A stretch of DNA of 63,972 nucleotides, the filler included. It is 5 parts of 5 records of this genome, joined end to end, with 100 filler letters (N's around TTAATTAATTAA, not from the genome) between each part and the next. Parts side by side here need not be neighbours in the genome. Positions count along the whole stretch, not along the records: positions 1 to 22,517 come from SRR31147125_2688; 4 more parts are not named here. One strand, given 5' to 3'. This document shows positions 1 through 12,748 of this stretch, piece by piece; the first letter of the stretch is position 1, and every line of letters begins with the position of its first letter. Under the pieces are notes generated by a model. It saw only the letters and a program-made list of their open reading frames with translations, did no database searches and was not told where the DNA came from. The position numbers and the translations under genes were made by a program.

Positions 1-20
1 AAAAAAAGGATTTGATTTAA

Positions 21-566
21 GTGGAAGAAATACTTCAAGATGCTTCTAAGGTTATTCAAGAAGGATTAAACTCAATCGTTGAACATCCTAGTGTCGTACT
101 ACTCAATATCATTGTTTTTCTTGTGATGTTGGTTATTGTACGTACATTTTTATGGGACAAAGTCACACGTTTTTTAGATTTAAGACAACAAGCGCTTACT
201 GAAGAATTTGATCGCGCTAGAGAAGAAAGATCTCATGCCCAAACACTTCAACAACAAGCAGTGTCTGATTATGAAAAAATGAAAAAAGAAACAGAAGAGT
301 TAAAATCTAAATTAACACAAGAAGCCTATAAACAACAAGATAAACTCATAGAAGATGCTAAAAAAGAAGCAAAACATCGTTTAGAGCAAGTTGAAAAAGA
401 TATTGCTTATGAAATTGCTCAAGCAAACGAAGACATTAAACAATCGATTAAAGAGATTGCTTTTAGTGCTGCAGAAAAAATTGTAAAAAGAGAAATTGAT
501 CAAGAACGTCATGAAGATATCATCGATGAAATTATTTCAGATAGGGATGAATTAAATCATGAATAA
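21..566 (+). CDS. atpF: F0F1 ATP synthase subunit b
   Basis: N-terminal TM helix then long charged coiled coil ending AAEKIVKREID; directly upstream of atpH/atpA. Confidence 0.92.
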   Translation: MEEILQDASKVIQEGLNSIVEHPSVVLLNIIVFLVMLVIVRTFLWDKVTRFLDLRQQALTEEFDRAREERSHAQTLQQQAVSDYEKMKKETEELKSKLTQEAYKQQDKLIEDAKKEAKHRLEQVEKDIAYEIAQANEDIKQSIKEIAFSAAEKIVKREIDQERHEDIIDEIISDRDELNHE

Positions 567-1065
567 TTATGCGAAAGCGTTAATGGAAATTGCTGAAAAA
601 GACCATATGATTGATGAAATATCATATCAATTTGATGAACTTAATGAAGTCATTAAATCCAATAAATCATGGATTAAAATGATGAGTTCACCCATGCTAT
701 CTGATGAACAAAAATCAGCTTATATCGATCAACTTGGACTTTCTAAATATTTATCATATATGCTTAAAACACTCGCGCATGGCAATCAAATGACATCTTT
801 TGATGACATTTATCCAGCATGGGTACGTATGATACGTGAAAAAAATAATATTGCACATATAAATGTCTATACGGTTAATCCGTTATCAAACGAGCAAATA
901 GACAGACTTACAAAAAGATTAAAGCCAAGATTTAAAAATCAAACCATAGAAATTCATGTCAAAGTTAGAGAAAATATGATTGGTGGATTAAGAATTGTTT
1001 ATGAAGGACAATCACTTGATCAATCAATTGCAAGAGAACTTGATGAATTATTTATGACAATATAG
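559..1065 (+). CDS. atpH: ATP synthase subunit delta
   Basis: NYAKAL start, MIGGLRI...LDQSI C-terminal motif, operon position. Confidence 0.9.
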   Translation: MNNYAKALMEIAEKDHMIDEISYQFDELNEVIKSNKSWIKMMSSPMLSDEQKSAYIDQLGLSKYLSYMLKTLAHGNQMTSFDDIYPAWVRMIREKNNIAHINVYTVNPLSNEQIDRLTKRLKPRFKNQTIEIHVKVRENMIGGLRIVYEGQSLDQSIARELDELFMTI

Positions 1066-2586
1066 GTGGTGAAAACATTGGCGAATATTAAAATTAAAGC
1101 GATGACAGAAGTCATTAAAAAACAAATCGAATCATTTGAAAAAGATGTTAAATTAGAAAATATTGGGAAAGTTTTATCTGTAGGTGATGGTATTGCTATC
1201 GTCTATGGTGTTGGCCAAGCGATGCTTGGGGAATTATTAGAATTTCCTCATGGTGTTAAAGGACTTGTTTTTAACTTAGAAGAAGATCAAGTAGGGGTAA
1301 TTCTACTTGGTGAAACTGATAAGATTAAAGAAGGCGACATGGTTAAAACAACTAAAAGAATTTTCGAAGTACCAGTAGGCGAAGCACTACTTGGTAGAGT
1401 TGTTAATCCTTTAGGTGAACCTATTGATGGACTTGGTTCAATCGATACGAAAGATAGACTTCCAGTGGAACGAAAAGCACGTGGTGTTATGGCCCGTGGT
1501 AGCGTTAATGAATCAATGGAAACAGGTATTAAAGTTATTGATGCATTAGTACCTATTGGTCGAGGACAAAGAGAATTAATTATTGGTGACAGACAGACAG
1601 GTAAAACAACACTTGCAGTTGACTCTATTATCAACCAAAAGGGGAAAGATGTTATTTGCGTTTATGTCGCAATCGGACAAAAAGAATCAAGTGTATCAGC
1701 ACTTGTTAAATTATTAGATCAACAAGGTGCCCTTGATTATACTATCGTTGTAACAGCTGGTGCATCTAAAGAAGGTACACTACTTTACTTAGCACCATTT
1801 GCTGGTGTAACCATGGCAGAATATTTCATGGAAAAAGGTAAAGATGTCTTAGTAATCTATGATGATTTATCTAAACATGCGGTGGCATATCGCGAATTAT
1901 CATTATTACTTCGAAGACCTCCAGGACGTGAAGCATATCCAGGTGATGTTTTCTACCTTCATTCAAGATTGCTTGAACGTGCTGCTAAATTAAATAAAGA
2001 ACTAGGTGGCGGTTCAATTACTGCACTACCTATTATTGAAACAAAAGCAGGCGATATTTCAGCATATATTCCAACAAATGTTATCTCAATTACAGATGGT
2101 CAAATATTCTTAGAAACTGAATTATTTTATTCAGGTGTAAGACCAGCGATCAATGCCGGTCTATCTGTATCACGTGTTGGTGGTGCCGCACAATGGAAAG
2201 CGATGAAAAAAGTTGCTGGTACATTAAGAATTAACTTAGCTAATTATCGTGAATTAGAATCATTTGCACAATTTGGATCAGACTTAGACCAAAGTGCTAA
2301 ACGCCGATTAGAACGTGGTAGAAAAACTGTAGAAATCTTAAAACAAGATGTTCATGAACTCATTGAAATGCCTACACAGATTACAACAATCTATGCACTT
2401 GCAAATGGTTTTATGGATGATTTAAATTTAGAACAAGTCATTAAATTACAAAATGAAATTACACAAGGTTTAACGATGAATGACTTAGGTAAAAAGATTA
2501 AAAAACATCTTGTTGAAACAAAAACGTTACCTGATAAAAATGATTTAGAAACATTTATTAGATCTCTTAAGAAGGTTATAAGATGA
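1066..2586 (+). CDS. atpA: ATP synthase subunit alpha
   Basis: GDRQTGKT P-loop, [22 protein letters not shown]; true start may be TTG at 1078. Confidence 0.99.
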   Translation: MVKTLANIKIKAMTEVIKKQIESFEKDVKLENIGKVLSVGDGIAIVYGVGQAMLGELLEFPHGVKGLVFNLEEDQVGVILLGETDKIKEGDMVKTTKRIFEVPVGEALLGRVVNPLGEPIDGLGSIDTKDRLPVERKARGVMARGSVNESMETGIKVIDALVPIGRGQRELIIGDRQTGKTTLAVDSIINQKGKDVICVYVAIGQKESSVSALVKLLDQQGALDYTIVVTAGASKEGTLLYLAPFAGVTMAEYFMEKGKDVLVIYDDLSKHAVAYRELSLLLRRPPGREAYPGDVFYLHSRLLERAAKLNKELGGGSITALPIIETKAGDISAYIPTNVISITDGQIFLETELFYSGVRPAINAGLSVSRVGGAAQWKAMKKVAGTLRINLANYRELESFAQFGSDLDQSAKRRLERGRKTVEILKQDVHELIEMPTQITTIYALANGFMDDLNLEQVIKLQNEITQGLTMNDLGKKIKKHLVETKTLPDKNDLETFIRSLKKVIR

Positions 2587-3422
2587 GTTTAAAAGATATT
2601 AAAATGAGAATGGAAGCAATCAAAAAGACAGCAACCATTACACAAGCTATGAATAATATCGCACTATCTAAACTAAAAAGATCAACACAAATGTCAGAAA
2701 AAACAGCTTTGTTTTCTAATAAACTTCGCCATATTATAGAATATGCAAATAAAAATATGGATGGTACATCAAGATATTGTGATAATCTCGATATCGATAC
2801 GAAACTTTATGTGATTGTGACAGCTGATCGCGGTTTATGTGGCGGTTATCATAATCAGTTATTTAAAGCTTTTCTTGCAGAGACTAAAGACTTAAATAAA
2901 AGTGATTATCAAGTATTAGTCATTGGTAAAAAAGGATATTATTTTGCAAAGAAAAATGATTTGCCTTTAATTAATCAAGAAATTATATATCACCGTGATG
3001 ATCTTGTGACGATGAATATTAGAGATTATGGACAAATGATTAAAAATGCATTTAAAGATGAACTTGTTGATGAAGTGATTGTTTATCATAATCATTATGT
3101 CAATACAGCCACTCAAGAAGTGAAACGTCAAACGATTTTACCATTAAGTATTAATGAAGATGAAATACAAAGTCAATATATTTATGATTCCAGTCCAGAA
3201 ACAGTAATGGATAGAACCATGAGTATATATATAGAAGCAAAAATGTTTGAAGCATTAGCAGATGCAAAACTTAGTGAACATGCATCAAGAATGCTTGCGA
3301 TGAAAAATGCTACTGATAATGCAAATCAAATTGTTGACCGCTTGCATATGCAATACCATAGAGCAAGACAACAAGAAATCACATCTGAACTGATTGACGT
3401 CGTCAATGGTTCAAATGTTTAG
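2583..3422 (+). CDS. atpG: ATP synthase subunit gamma
   Basis: [37 protein letters not shown]. Confidence 0.98.
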   Translation: MSLKDIKMRMEAIKKTATITQAMNNIALSKLKRSTQMSEKTALFSNKLRHIIEYANKNMDGTSRYCDNLDIDTKLYVIVTADRGLCGGYHNQLFKAFLAETKDLNKSDYQVLVIGKKGYYFAKKNDLPLINQEIIYHRDDLVTMNIRDYGQMIKNAFKDELVDEVIVYHNHYVNTATQEVKRQTILPLSINEDEIQSQYIYDSSPETVMDRTMSIYIEAKMFEALADAKLSEHASRMLAMKNATDNANQIVDRLHMQYHRARQQEITSELIDVVNGSNV

Positions 3423-5209
<1,787 letters not shown>

Positions 5210-5220
5210 AAGGTGATGAA

Positions 5221-5436
5221 ATGATTGAACAATTTATTTATTTTATTTCAATTGTCGGTTTTTTTATGATTGCATTAAGAATTGTTGGTGCATTGCATAT
5301 TGAAAACAAGTTTGAAAAGTATAAAATTTGGGAAATCAAAGCAGCATACTTTTTATTATCACTAATCATTGCACATAATTTAGCAGAAATTATGGTTAGA
5401 TTTTCAAATTTATTTTCAGAAGTCTTAGGAGTATAG
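5221..5436 (+). CDS. DUF1146 (YwzB-like) small membrane protein
   Basis: 71 aa, two hydrophobic helices, usual position after atpC. Confidence 0.7.
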   Translation: MIEQFIYFISIVGFFMIALRIVGALHIENKFEKYKIWEIKAAYFLLSLIIAHNLAEIMVRFSNLFSEVLGV

Positions 5437-5459
5437 CGCGTATGCTATACTCTTTTTTT
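5428..5459 (+). terminator. Rho-independent terminator of the atp operon
   Basis: GGAGTATAGC/GCTATACTCT stem followed by T run. Confidence 0.8.
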
Positions 5460-5472
5460 ATAAAAAAAGTAC

Positions 5473-6074
5473 CTAATTAATAGGTACGTATATAAAAGTA
5501 TTATCAATCTTTTTAACAGTTATTAAATGTTTAATATCATCAATAAATGATAAATCGCTATGCTCTAGATAAATATCATAGGTCACATGGTCTAAAAAGG
5601 TTTTATGAGAGATTTGATGAGCATCAATAAGTTGATCGATATGATTAATTAATGTATATGGGAAAGTTATTTGATAACCATACATTTCTTTTTTGTCATC
5701 AGTTGTGCGAGTTTGATCACTTCTGCAGTAGATTTAGCATATGCTCTAACCAAACCACCAGCCCCAAGTTTAATACCACCGAAATATCTGATAACGACAC
5801 ATAAAGTATAAGTTAGCTTGTGATGGTCCATCACATCTAAAATAGGAGGGCCTGCTGTGCCTTTAGGTTCTCCATCATCTTGATAGATTGCCCAATTTCT
5901 TTGATCGCCCAGGGTTGCAGCATAGCAGTAATGTGTTGCTTTAGCATACTTTTTTTTAGCATCACTTAAACAAGATGAAATGTCATCTTTTGTTTTTATC
6001 GGATATAGCATCGCAATAAAATCGGATTTATTGATGGTTATTTTATGTTCATAAATTTTATTTATTTCATACAT
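5473..6074 (-). CDS. yigZ: YigZ/IMPACT family protein, split by a probable sequencing frameshift near 5685
   Basis: KSDFIA, ATHYCYA, DDGEPKGTAG, RYFGGIKLGAGGLVRAY; C-terminal part continues in ORF 5473-5685 after an A run. Confidence 0.88.
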
Positions 6075-6161
6075 GTAGATTCACCGATTAAATTATATCA
6101 TATACTACAATGTTATGGTATTTTTTGATATAATATGATTAAACTCTAAAAGGAGAAATTT

Positions 6162-7013
6162 ATGGGTAAAACATTAGTTGTAGACACATCAACTGGAGGA
6201 TTAGATTATTATCCTTTCCATCATGATATAGAAGTACTTAGAATAAAAATATTTTTAAACGATAAAGGTTATTTAGATGGCACTGAAATGCGTGCTGATG
6301 AGTTTTATCAAAAATTAAAGGATCATCCTGATTTAATTCCAAAAACATCACAACCCTCAATCGGAGAAGTGATTGAATACTTTGAAAAGAAATATGAAGA
6401 AGGATATGATCAAATATATGTAACAACAATATCCGGACAATTATCTGGGACATATAATGCAATTTGTCTCGCTGCTGAAGAATTAAAAGATAAGATGAAT
6501 ATTCATGTGTTTGATACATATACAGTATGTTTTTCAGAAGGATTATTTGCACTTGAAGCATCAAGACTTATTAAAGAAGGAAAAACATTTGAAGAAATTG
6601 ATCATGTGCTTGAAGAAATGAAAAAAAATAATACCATTTTCTTTGCAGTTGATTCACTTGCATACTTAGTTAAAAATGGTAGATTATCAGGAGCTGCAGG
6701 ATTTGTTGGTAAATTATTAAAAATTAAACCAATATTACAAGTTCAATCAACAGGACAAATTGTATCTATTGAAAAAATTAGAAATACAAAAGTTGCATTA
6801 TCATCTATTGCAGATAAAATATTAGCTTATACAAATGGTAGACCATACGATGCATATATTTTATACACAGGTAATCCTAAATTAAAAGAACATTTTAAAG
6901 CAACCATTAAAGAAAAACTTCAATTAGATAATTTATATGAAGCACCATCTACACCAGTTGTAGGTGCACATGTTGGACCAGATGTTGTTGGTATAGGTGT
7001 GTTTATCAAATAA
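6162..7013 (+). CDS. degV: DegV/FakB fatty-acid-binding protein
   Basis: PKTSQPS, ISGQLSGTY, LVKNGRLS, LKIKPIL, VGAHVGP. Confidence 0.95.
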   Translation: MGKTLVVDTSTGGLDYYPFHHDIEVLRIKIFLNDKGYLDGTEMRADEFYQKLKDHPDLIPKTSQPSIGEVIEYFEKKYEEGYDQIYVTTISGQLSGTYNAICLAAEELKDKMNIHVFDTYTVCFSEGLFALEASRLIKEGKTFEEIDHVLEEMKKNNTIFFAVDSLAYLVKNGRLSGAAGFVGKLLKIKPILQVQSTGQIVSIEKIRNTKVALSSIADKILAYTNGRPYDAYILYTGNPKLKEHFKATIKEKLQLDNLYEAPSTPVVGAHVGPDVVGIGVFIK

Positions 7014-7016
7014 AGC

Positions 7017-7041
7017 AAAAGGAACCTTGACGGTTCCTTTT
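7017..7041. terminator. Bidirectional intrinsic terminator
   Basis: AAAAGGAACC-ttgac-GGTTCCTTTT between convergent genes. Confidence 0.8.
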
Positions 7042-7067
7042 ATTTTGATTAATTGATTTAATACTTA

Positions 7068-9128
7068 TCAAGCAATAGATAATGCATAAACAGCAGTATT
7101 TGCTAACGTTATGAGCGTAAATAAGCATGTGGTAAAGAATACTGAAGTCCAAACATTACCAGTTTTTTGAGATAGTCTTCTCATTAATATACCAGCAACT
7201 GATAATGTAGGTACTAATCCAACAGCTAAAATTCCACTTAATGAGAAAGAAGGATATGCTGCAACACCAGTTGCATATAACGTTCCATATTGATAAATTA
7301 AAAATAAGACGACAGGACCAGCTAGAAGTAGCGCAGCTAAAACATCTGCTTTCCAGCCTTTCATACCTTTAGTATTTACAAAGACAGTGACAGATGCAGC
7401 TAAGTAATAAATAAAGAATAAAGGTATGTATTTAAGTGCTGCAACAAATTGACGACTATTAAATATTTGAATAGCATATGTATAGAATCTAAAGTCAGTA
7501 AGGAATATCCATCCAACAATTGCAACAAATAATAAAACGATGGTTGTCATAGAAACAGCAATCAATAAACTTGATCCTAATTGTTTCAATGAGACTTTTA
7601 ATCCATAAGGATTAGAAATGTCTTGATGAACATTTAATAATGGTGTAACGATAAGCACTGAAAGAATAATTAAAAACGCACTACCAATTGCCCAATATAC
7701 AATAGTATTAATTGAAGGTGCACTCCAATAAGTGACGTTTGAAATAATTTGAGTGTTTGTCAAAAACCATCTAAAAGCTAATGCGATGACAATGATTGCT
7801 CCGCCATGGAAAGTAGTTTTTTGAGCATGTTTAACGCTGTTTTCAGCTTCTTTATTTATTGCTATTAACCAAGTTGCAATGAGTATAATGACAACCGCAG
7901 CAATTAAATAATACATAGCAGTCGCTAGATTAGCAAGATCAGCTGAACGATCCATCAATCTCGTCAAGAAGAAAACACTTAATAAAATAGATAATATAAT
8001 TGAAACCATCTTAATACCTTTTTTCTCAGGTGATAGCTTCACTTCATTTTCTTCTAAAGCAACATCATTTGCATAAACTTTTTTAAATACCGGTAAATTA
8101 GAAATTAAAGCAAACAATGGAAAAAACATCATAAATAATGATATAAGTCCAAGACCAGTAAATGCTTCTTTTAACCACCAAACTTGTGTTGTTGAACCTG
8201 TTTTAATGTCTAAAGTATCAAGATCATCAAGACCATATAGGTCTAATTGATAGGTAAATGCTTCTTCAAAGAATTCAACCATGTTACGACCAGATTCTAG
8301 TGACCATGTGTTTTGAGGATGTGTTTCATCAGGTGTATAAATAACCCTTTGACCACCATCATAATTATAGAATACACCAGCATCTGCTTCACCAGCTGCT
8401 GTTCTTCCTAAAAATGCAAGGCCAACTGCATCTTCTGTGTAGTCTTTATAATAGACTGAGCCTTCTTGAGTGTCTGAATTATCAAAAAAGAATTGATCAT
8501 AATGTGCTGCAATGACACCACTTGATCTAGATTTAAAATAAGTTTCAGGATCAGGTGTGAATACATATCTAAAATCAGCACCAACGGCTAGAGATGCTGC
8601 AATCATTCTATAACCAGATGTAGCATATTGTATTTCATCAAAAATAACAGCATATTCAGATGAATAACCACCCATTGAATGACCACTTACCCCTATCATT
8701 GCATTACCAGCATCATCTTTTAACACATAATCTTGGTCATACATATAGGTAACAGCATCATAAACTGCATTAACATAAAAACTAAAAGCAGCAGCTGTTT
8801 CCCATGATGAATCACCATGATCATACATATCAAAAGCTAATACAACATACCCACGTCTAGATAATTCAATTGCGCCGATTTCTTGCATTTCAGCATTATT
8901 GAGATATCCATGAGTCAAAATAACTGTTGGTGCAGGATTATCTGCATCGACACCTCTTGGGGTATATAGATAACCAGATAATTCACCGTTTTCTGTTTCA
9001 AATGAAATCTTATCCACCTTTACACTAAAAAATGAGTTTTGGACTAATGATGCGCCTAAACTAAATACAAGTGCAGTGATGACTAAGATAACTAGCCACT
9101 TAAGTGACTTAGACATATTTTTAAACAT
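7068..9128 (-). CDS. Membrane-embedded alpha/beta-hydrolase (serine esterase/lipase fold plus polytopic C-terminal domain)
   Basis: N-terminal TM, HGY oxyanion loop, GHSMGG nucleophile elbow, candidate Asp (YDQFF) and His (ETHP), then many hydrophobic segments. Confidence 0.85.
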   Translation of the reverse strand: MFKNMSKSLKWLVILVITALVFSLGASLVQNSFFSVKVDKISFETENGELSGYLYTPRGVDADNPAPTVILTHGYLNNAEMQEIGAIELSRRGYVVLAFDMYDHGDSSWETAAAFSFYVNAVYDAVTYMYDQDYVLKDDAGNAMIGVSGHSMGGYSSEYAVIFDEIQYATSGYRMIAASLAVGADFRYVFTPDPETYFKSRSSGVIAAHYDQFFFDNSDTQEGSVYYKDYTEDAVGLAFLGRTAAGEADAGVFYNYDGGQRVIYTPDETHPQNTWSLESGRNMVEFFEEAFTYQLDLYGLDDLDTLDIKTGSTTQVWWLKEAFTGLGLISLFMMFFPLFALISNLPVFKKVYANDVALEENEVKLSPEKKGIKMVSIILSILLSVFFLTRLMDRSADLANLATAMYYLIAAVVIILIATWLIAINKEAENSVKHAQKTTFHGGAIIVIALAFRWFLTNTQIISNVTYWSAPSINTIVYWAIGSAFLIILSVLIVTPLLNVHQDISNPYGLKVSLKQLGSSLLIAVSMTTIVLLFVAIVGWIFLTDFRFYTYAIQIFNSRQFVAALKYIPLFFIYYLAASVTVFVNTKGMKGWKADVLAALLLAGPVVLFLIYQYGTLYATGVAAYPSFSLSGILAVGLVPTLSVAGILMRRLSQKTGNVWTSVFFTTCLFTLITLANTAVYALSIA

Positions 9129-9160
9129 ATTTTTCTCCCTTCATATGTTTTAACAAATTA

Positions 9161-9227
9161 AAATAAAAAACGAAACAAAAACAATATATGTTTTTTTGCT
9201 TCGCTCGAATTCTCTAGCATTTAAGTT
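9161..9227 (-). promoter_or_regulatory. GlpP-type leader attenuator upstream of the hydrolase
   Basis: Minus strand AACTTAA-atgct-AGAGAattcGAG running into terminator GAGCGAAGCAAAAA/TTTTTGTTTCGTTT + T tract. Confidence 0.65.
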
Positions 9228-9237
9228 TTCCATTTTT

Positions 9238-9266
9238 ATGTTATCACTAAACATATTTATTGTCAA
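9238..9266 (-). promoter_or_regulatory. Sigma-70 promoter for the hydrolase
   Basis: TTGACA-17 nt-TAACAT with extended TG on the minus strand. Confidence 0.75.
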
Positions 9267-9296
9267 TTATAGAAGATCATTTAATTAATAGATATA

Positions 9297-9325
9297 TTGA
9301 CAAATGTATATTTATCTAGTAAAAT
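9297..9325 (+). promoter_or_regulatory. Sigma-70 promoter for glpP
   Basis: TTGACA-17 nt-TAAAAT. Confidence 0.8.
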
Positions 9326-9333
9326 CTAATTAT

Positions 9334-9403
9334 AAGTTAAGCACTGCAAGAGTAAAGAGCGCGATATGTCATGGGTAGTATTTTTGACGTCGCGTTTTAT
9401 TTT
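9334..9403 (+). promoter_or_regulatory. GlpP-type leader attenuator upstream of glpP
   Basis: AAGTTAA-gcactgca-AGAGtaaaGAG overlapping stem GAGCGCGAT..GTCA/TGAC GTCGCGTTT + T-rich tail. Confidence 0.65.
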
Positions 9404-9417
9404 GAAAGGGGCTTCAT

Positions 9418-9957
9418 ATGTTTTTCAACCAAAAAATATTACCCGCTATACCTAATCATCAAGCATTAAAAAAATTCATTGAATCGAATTACACATATGG
9501 TATATTAATGGGTTTTCAATTAGCACAATTACCTTTACTTATTGAAAAATGCCATGAAGCAAATAAAAAAGTGCTTGTTCATTCCGAATTAATCAAAGGA
9601 TTGTCTCATGATGAGTTTGGTGCAATATTTCTAATTCAAACACTCAAAGTAGATGGTTTAATCTCAAGTAAACCAAAGGTCATAGAAGTGTGTAAAAAAA
9701 GACATGTTATTGGTATATTTAGATTTTTCTTAAAAGATTCAATATCATTATCGCAATCTATTGCTATTGCCAATAAAATAGAACCTGTGTTTTTAGAAGT
9801 CCTACCAGCACATGCAACAGATATTTTATCCACCATTAAAGAACAAGTTAGAGCTGATATTTTAATGGGTGGGCTCATACAAAATATAGCACAAATTAAA
9901 AAATGTATAGATGCTGGTGCTATAGCAGTAACTGTTTCAAACCCTGATTTATGGTAA
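9418..9957 (+). CDS. glpP: Glycerol-3-phosphate-responsive antiterminator
   Basis: VHSELIKGL, DGLISSK, RFFLKDS, EVLP, MGGLI, GAIAVTVSNPDLW. Confidence 0.95.
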   Translation: MFFNQKILPAIPNHQALKKFIESNYTYGILMGFQLAQLPLLIEKCHEANKKVLVHSELIKGLSHDEFGAIFLIQTLKVDGLISSKPKVIEVCKKRHVIGIFRFFLKDSISLSQSIAIANKIEPVFLEVLPAHATDILSTIKEQVRADILMGGLIQNIAQIKKCIDAGAIAVTVSNPDLW

Positions 9958-9958
9958 C

Positions 9959-10020
9959 AAGTTAATCAAACATACAGAGATAAGAGAGAAAAACAATTTA
10001 ATTGTTTTTCTCTTTGTTTA
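9959..10020 (+). promoter_or_regulatory. GlpP-type attenuator upstream of the G3P dehydrogenase genes
   Basis: AAGTTAA...AGAGATAAGAGAG overlapping perfect stem AGAGAAAAACAAT/ATTGTTTTTCTCT; same architecture as the B. subtilis glpD leader as recalled. Confidence 0.8.
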
Positions 10021-10039
10021 TATTTAAGAAGGAGTTTAT

Positions 10040-11503
10040 ATGGATAAACAAACAAAAGTATATGATTATATCATCATTGGTTCTGGTATTATTGGTTCAA
10101 TGATAGCAAGAGAACTTAGTCAATATGATGTTAAAACAATCATACTAGAAAAAGAAAATGATATTGCAAATATCCAAACAAGTGCAAATAGTGCAATCAT
10201 TCATTCAGGACATGACCCAAAACCACATACATTAAAAGCTAAACTTTGTGTCGAGGGTAATCAATTATATGATGAACTTGAAAAAACAATGCACATTCCA
10301 CTTAGACGTACTGGAGCATTTGTTGTCGCTAGAAATCAAGAGGAACTGACATCGATTCATGATCTTGCTAAACGTGCAAAAATGAATGGTGTACCTTCTT
10401 TTGAATTGCTGGATCAAAAAGAGATTCAAAAACAAGAACCACACCTTTCTAAAGATATTATAGGTGCACTATCTCTGCCAACAACAAAAGTAACATTTCC
10501 CTGGGAGGTTGCTATTAAAGCATGCCATGTAGCCATTAACCATGGTGTAGCATTGAAACTAAATGCTGAAGTTACAAATATAGAGTATGAAGATTATATA
10601 TTTCATATAGAAATCAATCATGATGAGTGGTTATATGCTAAAAATGTAGTCAATGCAACAGGTGTTAAATCTGAAATCGTTACATCCTTTTTAGAAGTAC
10701 CACATTTTAAGGTTACGCCTAGACGAGGTGAATATTTTGTTCTTGATCGTGTTGTTGATGGTATGTTTGAACATGTTATTTATCCTGTACCTTCTAAAAA
10801 AGGAAAAGGTGTATTAATTACTCCTCAAACACATGGCAATATTTTATTAGGACCTACGAGTGATTTAACATCTGATGATAGACCATATACGACTAAAGAT
10901 GGATTAGCATATATTAAAACACATGTTAATGATATGTGTGATCATATACCATATCATCGCATCATTAGGTCCTTTACTGGTGTAAGAGCAAGCATCGACC
11001 AAGATGATTTTGTGATTGAATCATCAAAAAATTATAAACATTTTTATCAAGTAGCGGGTATTGATTCTCCAGGGTTAACTGCTGCACCAGCAATTGCGAA
11101 ATACTTGGTTCAAAAGATTATTAAAATGGATGCACCTAAGAAGAAAGATATAGATATGTCATTAAAACCATCGATTGTTTTAAAAGATTTAGCTATAAAA
11201 GAACAACAAGCATTATATGATAAAAATCACAAGTATGGACATATTGTTTGCCAGTGTGAACAAGTGAGTGAACAAGAGATTATTGATGCTATAGTTTCAC
11301 CTGTAGGAAGCCATACAATCAAAGGTGTTAAAAAGCGTTGTCGTGCAGGTGCAGGTACATGCCAAGGTAGTTATTGTCAATCTCATGTACTACGGATTAT
11401 TGCTAGAGAAACAAATAAAGATTTAAAAGATATTTGTTATGATCAAGTAGGAACACCAATACTTGCATCACCTACAAAGGAGAATGATAATCATGACTTA
11501 TGA
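10040..11503 (+). CDS. FAD-dependent glycerol-3-phosphate dehydrogenase/oxidase with C-terminal BFD-like [2Fe-2S] domain
   Basis: GSGIIG, TSANSAIIHSG, PRRGEY, IDSPGLTAAPAIA, CQCE...RAGAGTCQGSYC; follows glpP. Confidence 0.9.
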   Translation: MDKQTKVYDYIIIGSGIIGSMIARELSQYDVKTIILEKENDIANIQTSANSAIIHSGHDPKPHTLKAKLCVEGNQLYDELEKTMHIPLRRTGAFVVARNQEELTSIHDLAKRAKMNGVPSFELLDQKEIQKQEPHLSKDIIGALSLPTTKVTFPWEVAIKACHVAINHGVALKLNAEVTNIEYEDYIFHIEINHDEWLYAKNVVNATGVKSEIVTSFLEVPHFKVTPRRGEYFVLDRVVDGMFEHVIYPVPSKKGKGVLITPQTHGNILLGPTSDLTSDDRPYTTKDGLAYIKTHVNDMCDHIPYHRIIRSFTGVRASIDQDDFVIESSKNYKHFYQVAGIDSPGLTAAPAIAKYLVQKIIKMDAPKKKDIDMSLKPSIVLKDLAIKEQQALYDKNHKYGHIVCQCEQVSEQEIIDAIVSPVGSHTIKGVKKRCRAGAGTCQGSYCQSHVLRIIARETNKDLKDICYDQVGTPILASPTKENDNHDL

Positions 11504-12746
11504 TGTGATCATAATTGGTGGCGGTGCTGCAGGACTTGCAGCAGTTAATGCACTTAAAGATAAAGGACTAAAAGTCGGATTAATTGAACGATCAGAGCGT
11601 TTAGGTGGCATTCTTAATCAATGCATTCATCATGGTTTTGGTCTTCATGTTTTTAAAGAGATGTTAACAGGACCAGAATTTGCACAAAAACTTATTGATG
11701 AAATGAATGATTCAAACACTGATGTAAAACTAAACACTTCAGTTGTTGATATTAAAAAAGAAGATAATTTTATTATCAAATCTGCAAGTGAGCAAGATGG
11801 AATTTATCAAATATATGCAAAATCTATCATATTGACCAGTGGATGTTTTGAAAGGTCTAGAGGAGCAATTTCTATACCAGGAACAAGACCTCATGGTATT
11901 ATGACTGCTGGTCTTGCTCAAAAATATTTAAACATTGATGGTTATTTAGTTGGTAAAAAGGTGTTTATATTAGGTAGTGGTGATATTGGTTTAATTATGG
12001 CAAGACGCATGACATTAGAAGGTGCGAAAGTTTTAGGAGTAGCAGAAATGATGCCACATTCTAATGGTTTAAATAGAAATATTGTACAATGTCTTCATGA
12101 TTTTGATATACCATTATATCTATCACACACAGTGATTGATATTAAAGGAGAAAAAAGCTTAGAATCTGTGACGATTGCAAAGTTAGATGCATCATTTAAT
12201 CCTATTAAAGGTAGTGAAAAAACATTTGATGTAGATACATTGTTATTATCAGTGGGTCTTATTCCTGATATAAAAGTTTTATCATCTATAGACCCAGTTT
12301 ATGATAAAAAAACAAAAAGCATTCAAGTCGATCAAAATTATGAGTCAACTGTTGAAGGATTATTTGCATGTGGGAATGCACTACATGTGCATGATTTAGT
12401 CGATGATGTTGTATTAGAAGCTAGACGTGCAGCACATGCAGTAGAAGTATATTTAAATCAGATTCAAAAAGAAAAAACATATCAAGATATTTATCATCAT
12501 GATCAAATTGCATATACGATGCCTCAACATTTATCATCACATGGATATAGCCAAGATCAATTAAGCATTTTATTTAGAACAAAAAAGAAGTATGAAAAAG
12601 TAATATTTATAGTTATGCAAGAAGATCATGAAATATATCATAAAACACATCAGTTTGTTCATCCATCTGAGATGAATAAAATTAAAATTGATGTAAGCCA
12701 AATAGATTTAAACAAATCTATATATATAGACATAAAAGAGGTATAA
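11493..12746 (+). CDS. NAD(P)/FAD-dependent oxidoreductase (partner of G3P dehydrogenase)
   Basis: GGGAAG, LGGILNQCIHHGFG, GSGDIGLIMARR, CGNALHVHDLVD; RBS supports start at 11493. Confidence 0.88.
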   Translation: MTYDVIIIGGGAAGLAAVNALKDKGLKVGLIERSERLGGILNQCIHHGFGLHVFKEMLTGPEFAQKLIDEMNDSNTDVKLNTSVVDIKKEDNFIIKSASEQDGIYQIYAKSIILTSGCFERSRGAISIPGTRPHGIMTAGLAQKYLNIDGYLVGKKVFILGSGDIGLIMARRMTLEGAKVLGVAEMMPHSNGLNRNIVQCLHDFDIPLYLSHTVIDIKGEKSLESVTIAKLDASFNPIKGSEKTFDVDTLLLSVGLIPDIKVLSSIDPVYDKKTKSIQVDQNYESTVEGLFACGNALHVHDLVDDVVLEARRAAHAVEVYLNQIQKEKTYQDIYHHDQIAYTMPQHLSSHGYSQDQLSILFRTKKKYEKVIFIVMQEDHEIYHKTHQFVHPSEMNKIKIDVSQIDLNKSIYIDIKEV

Positions 12747-12748
12747 TT

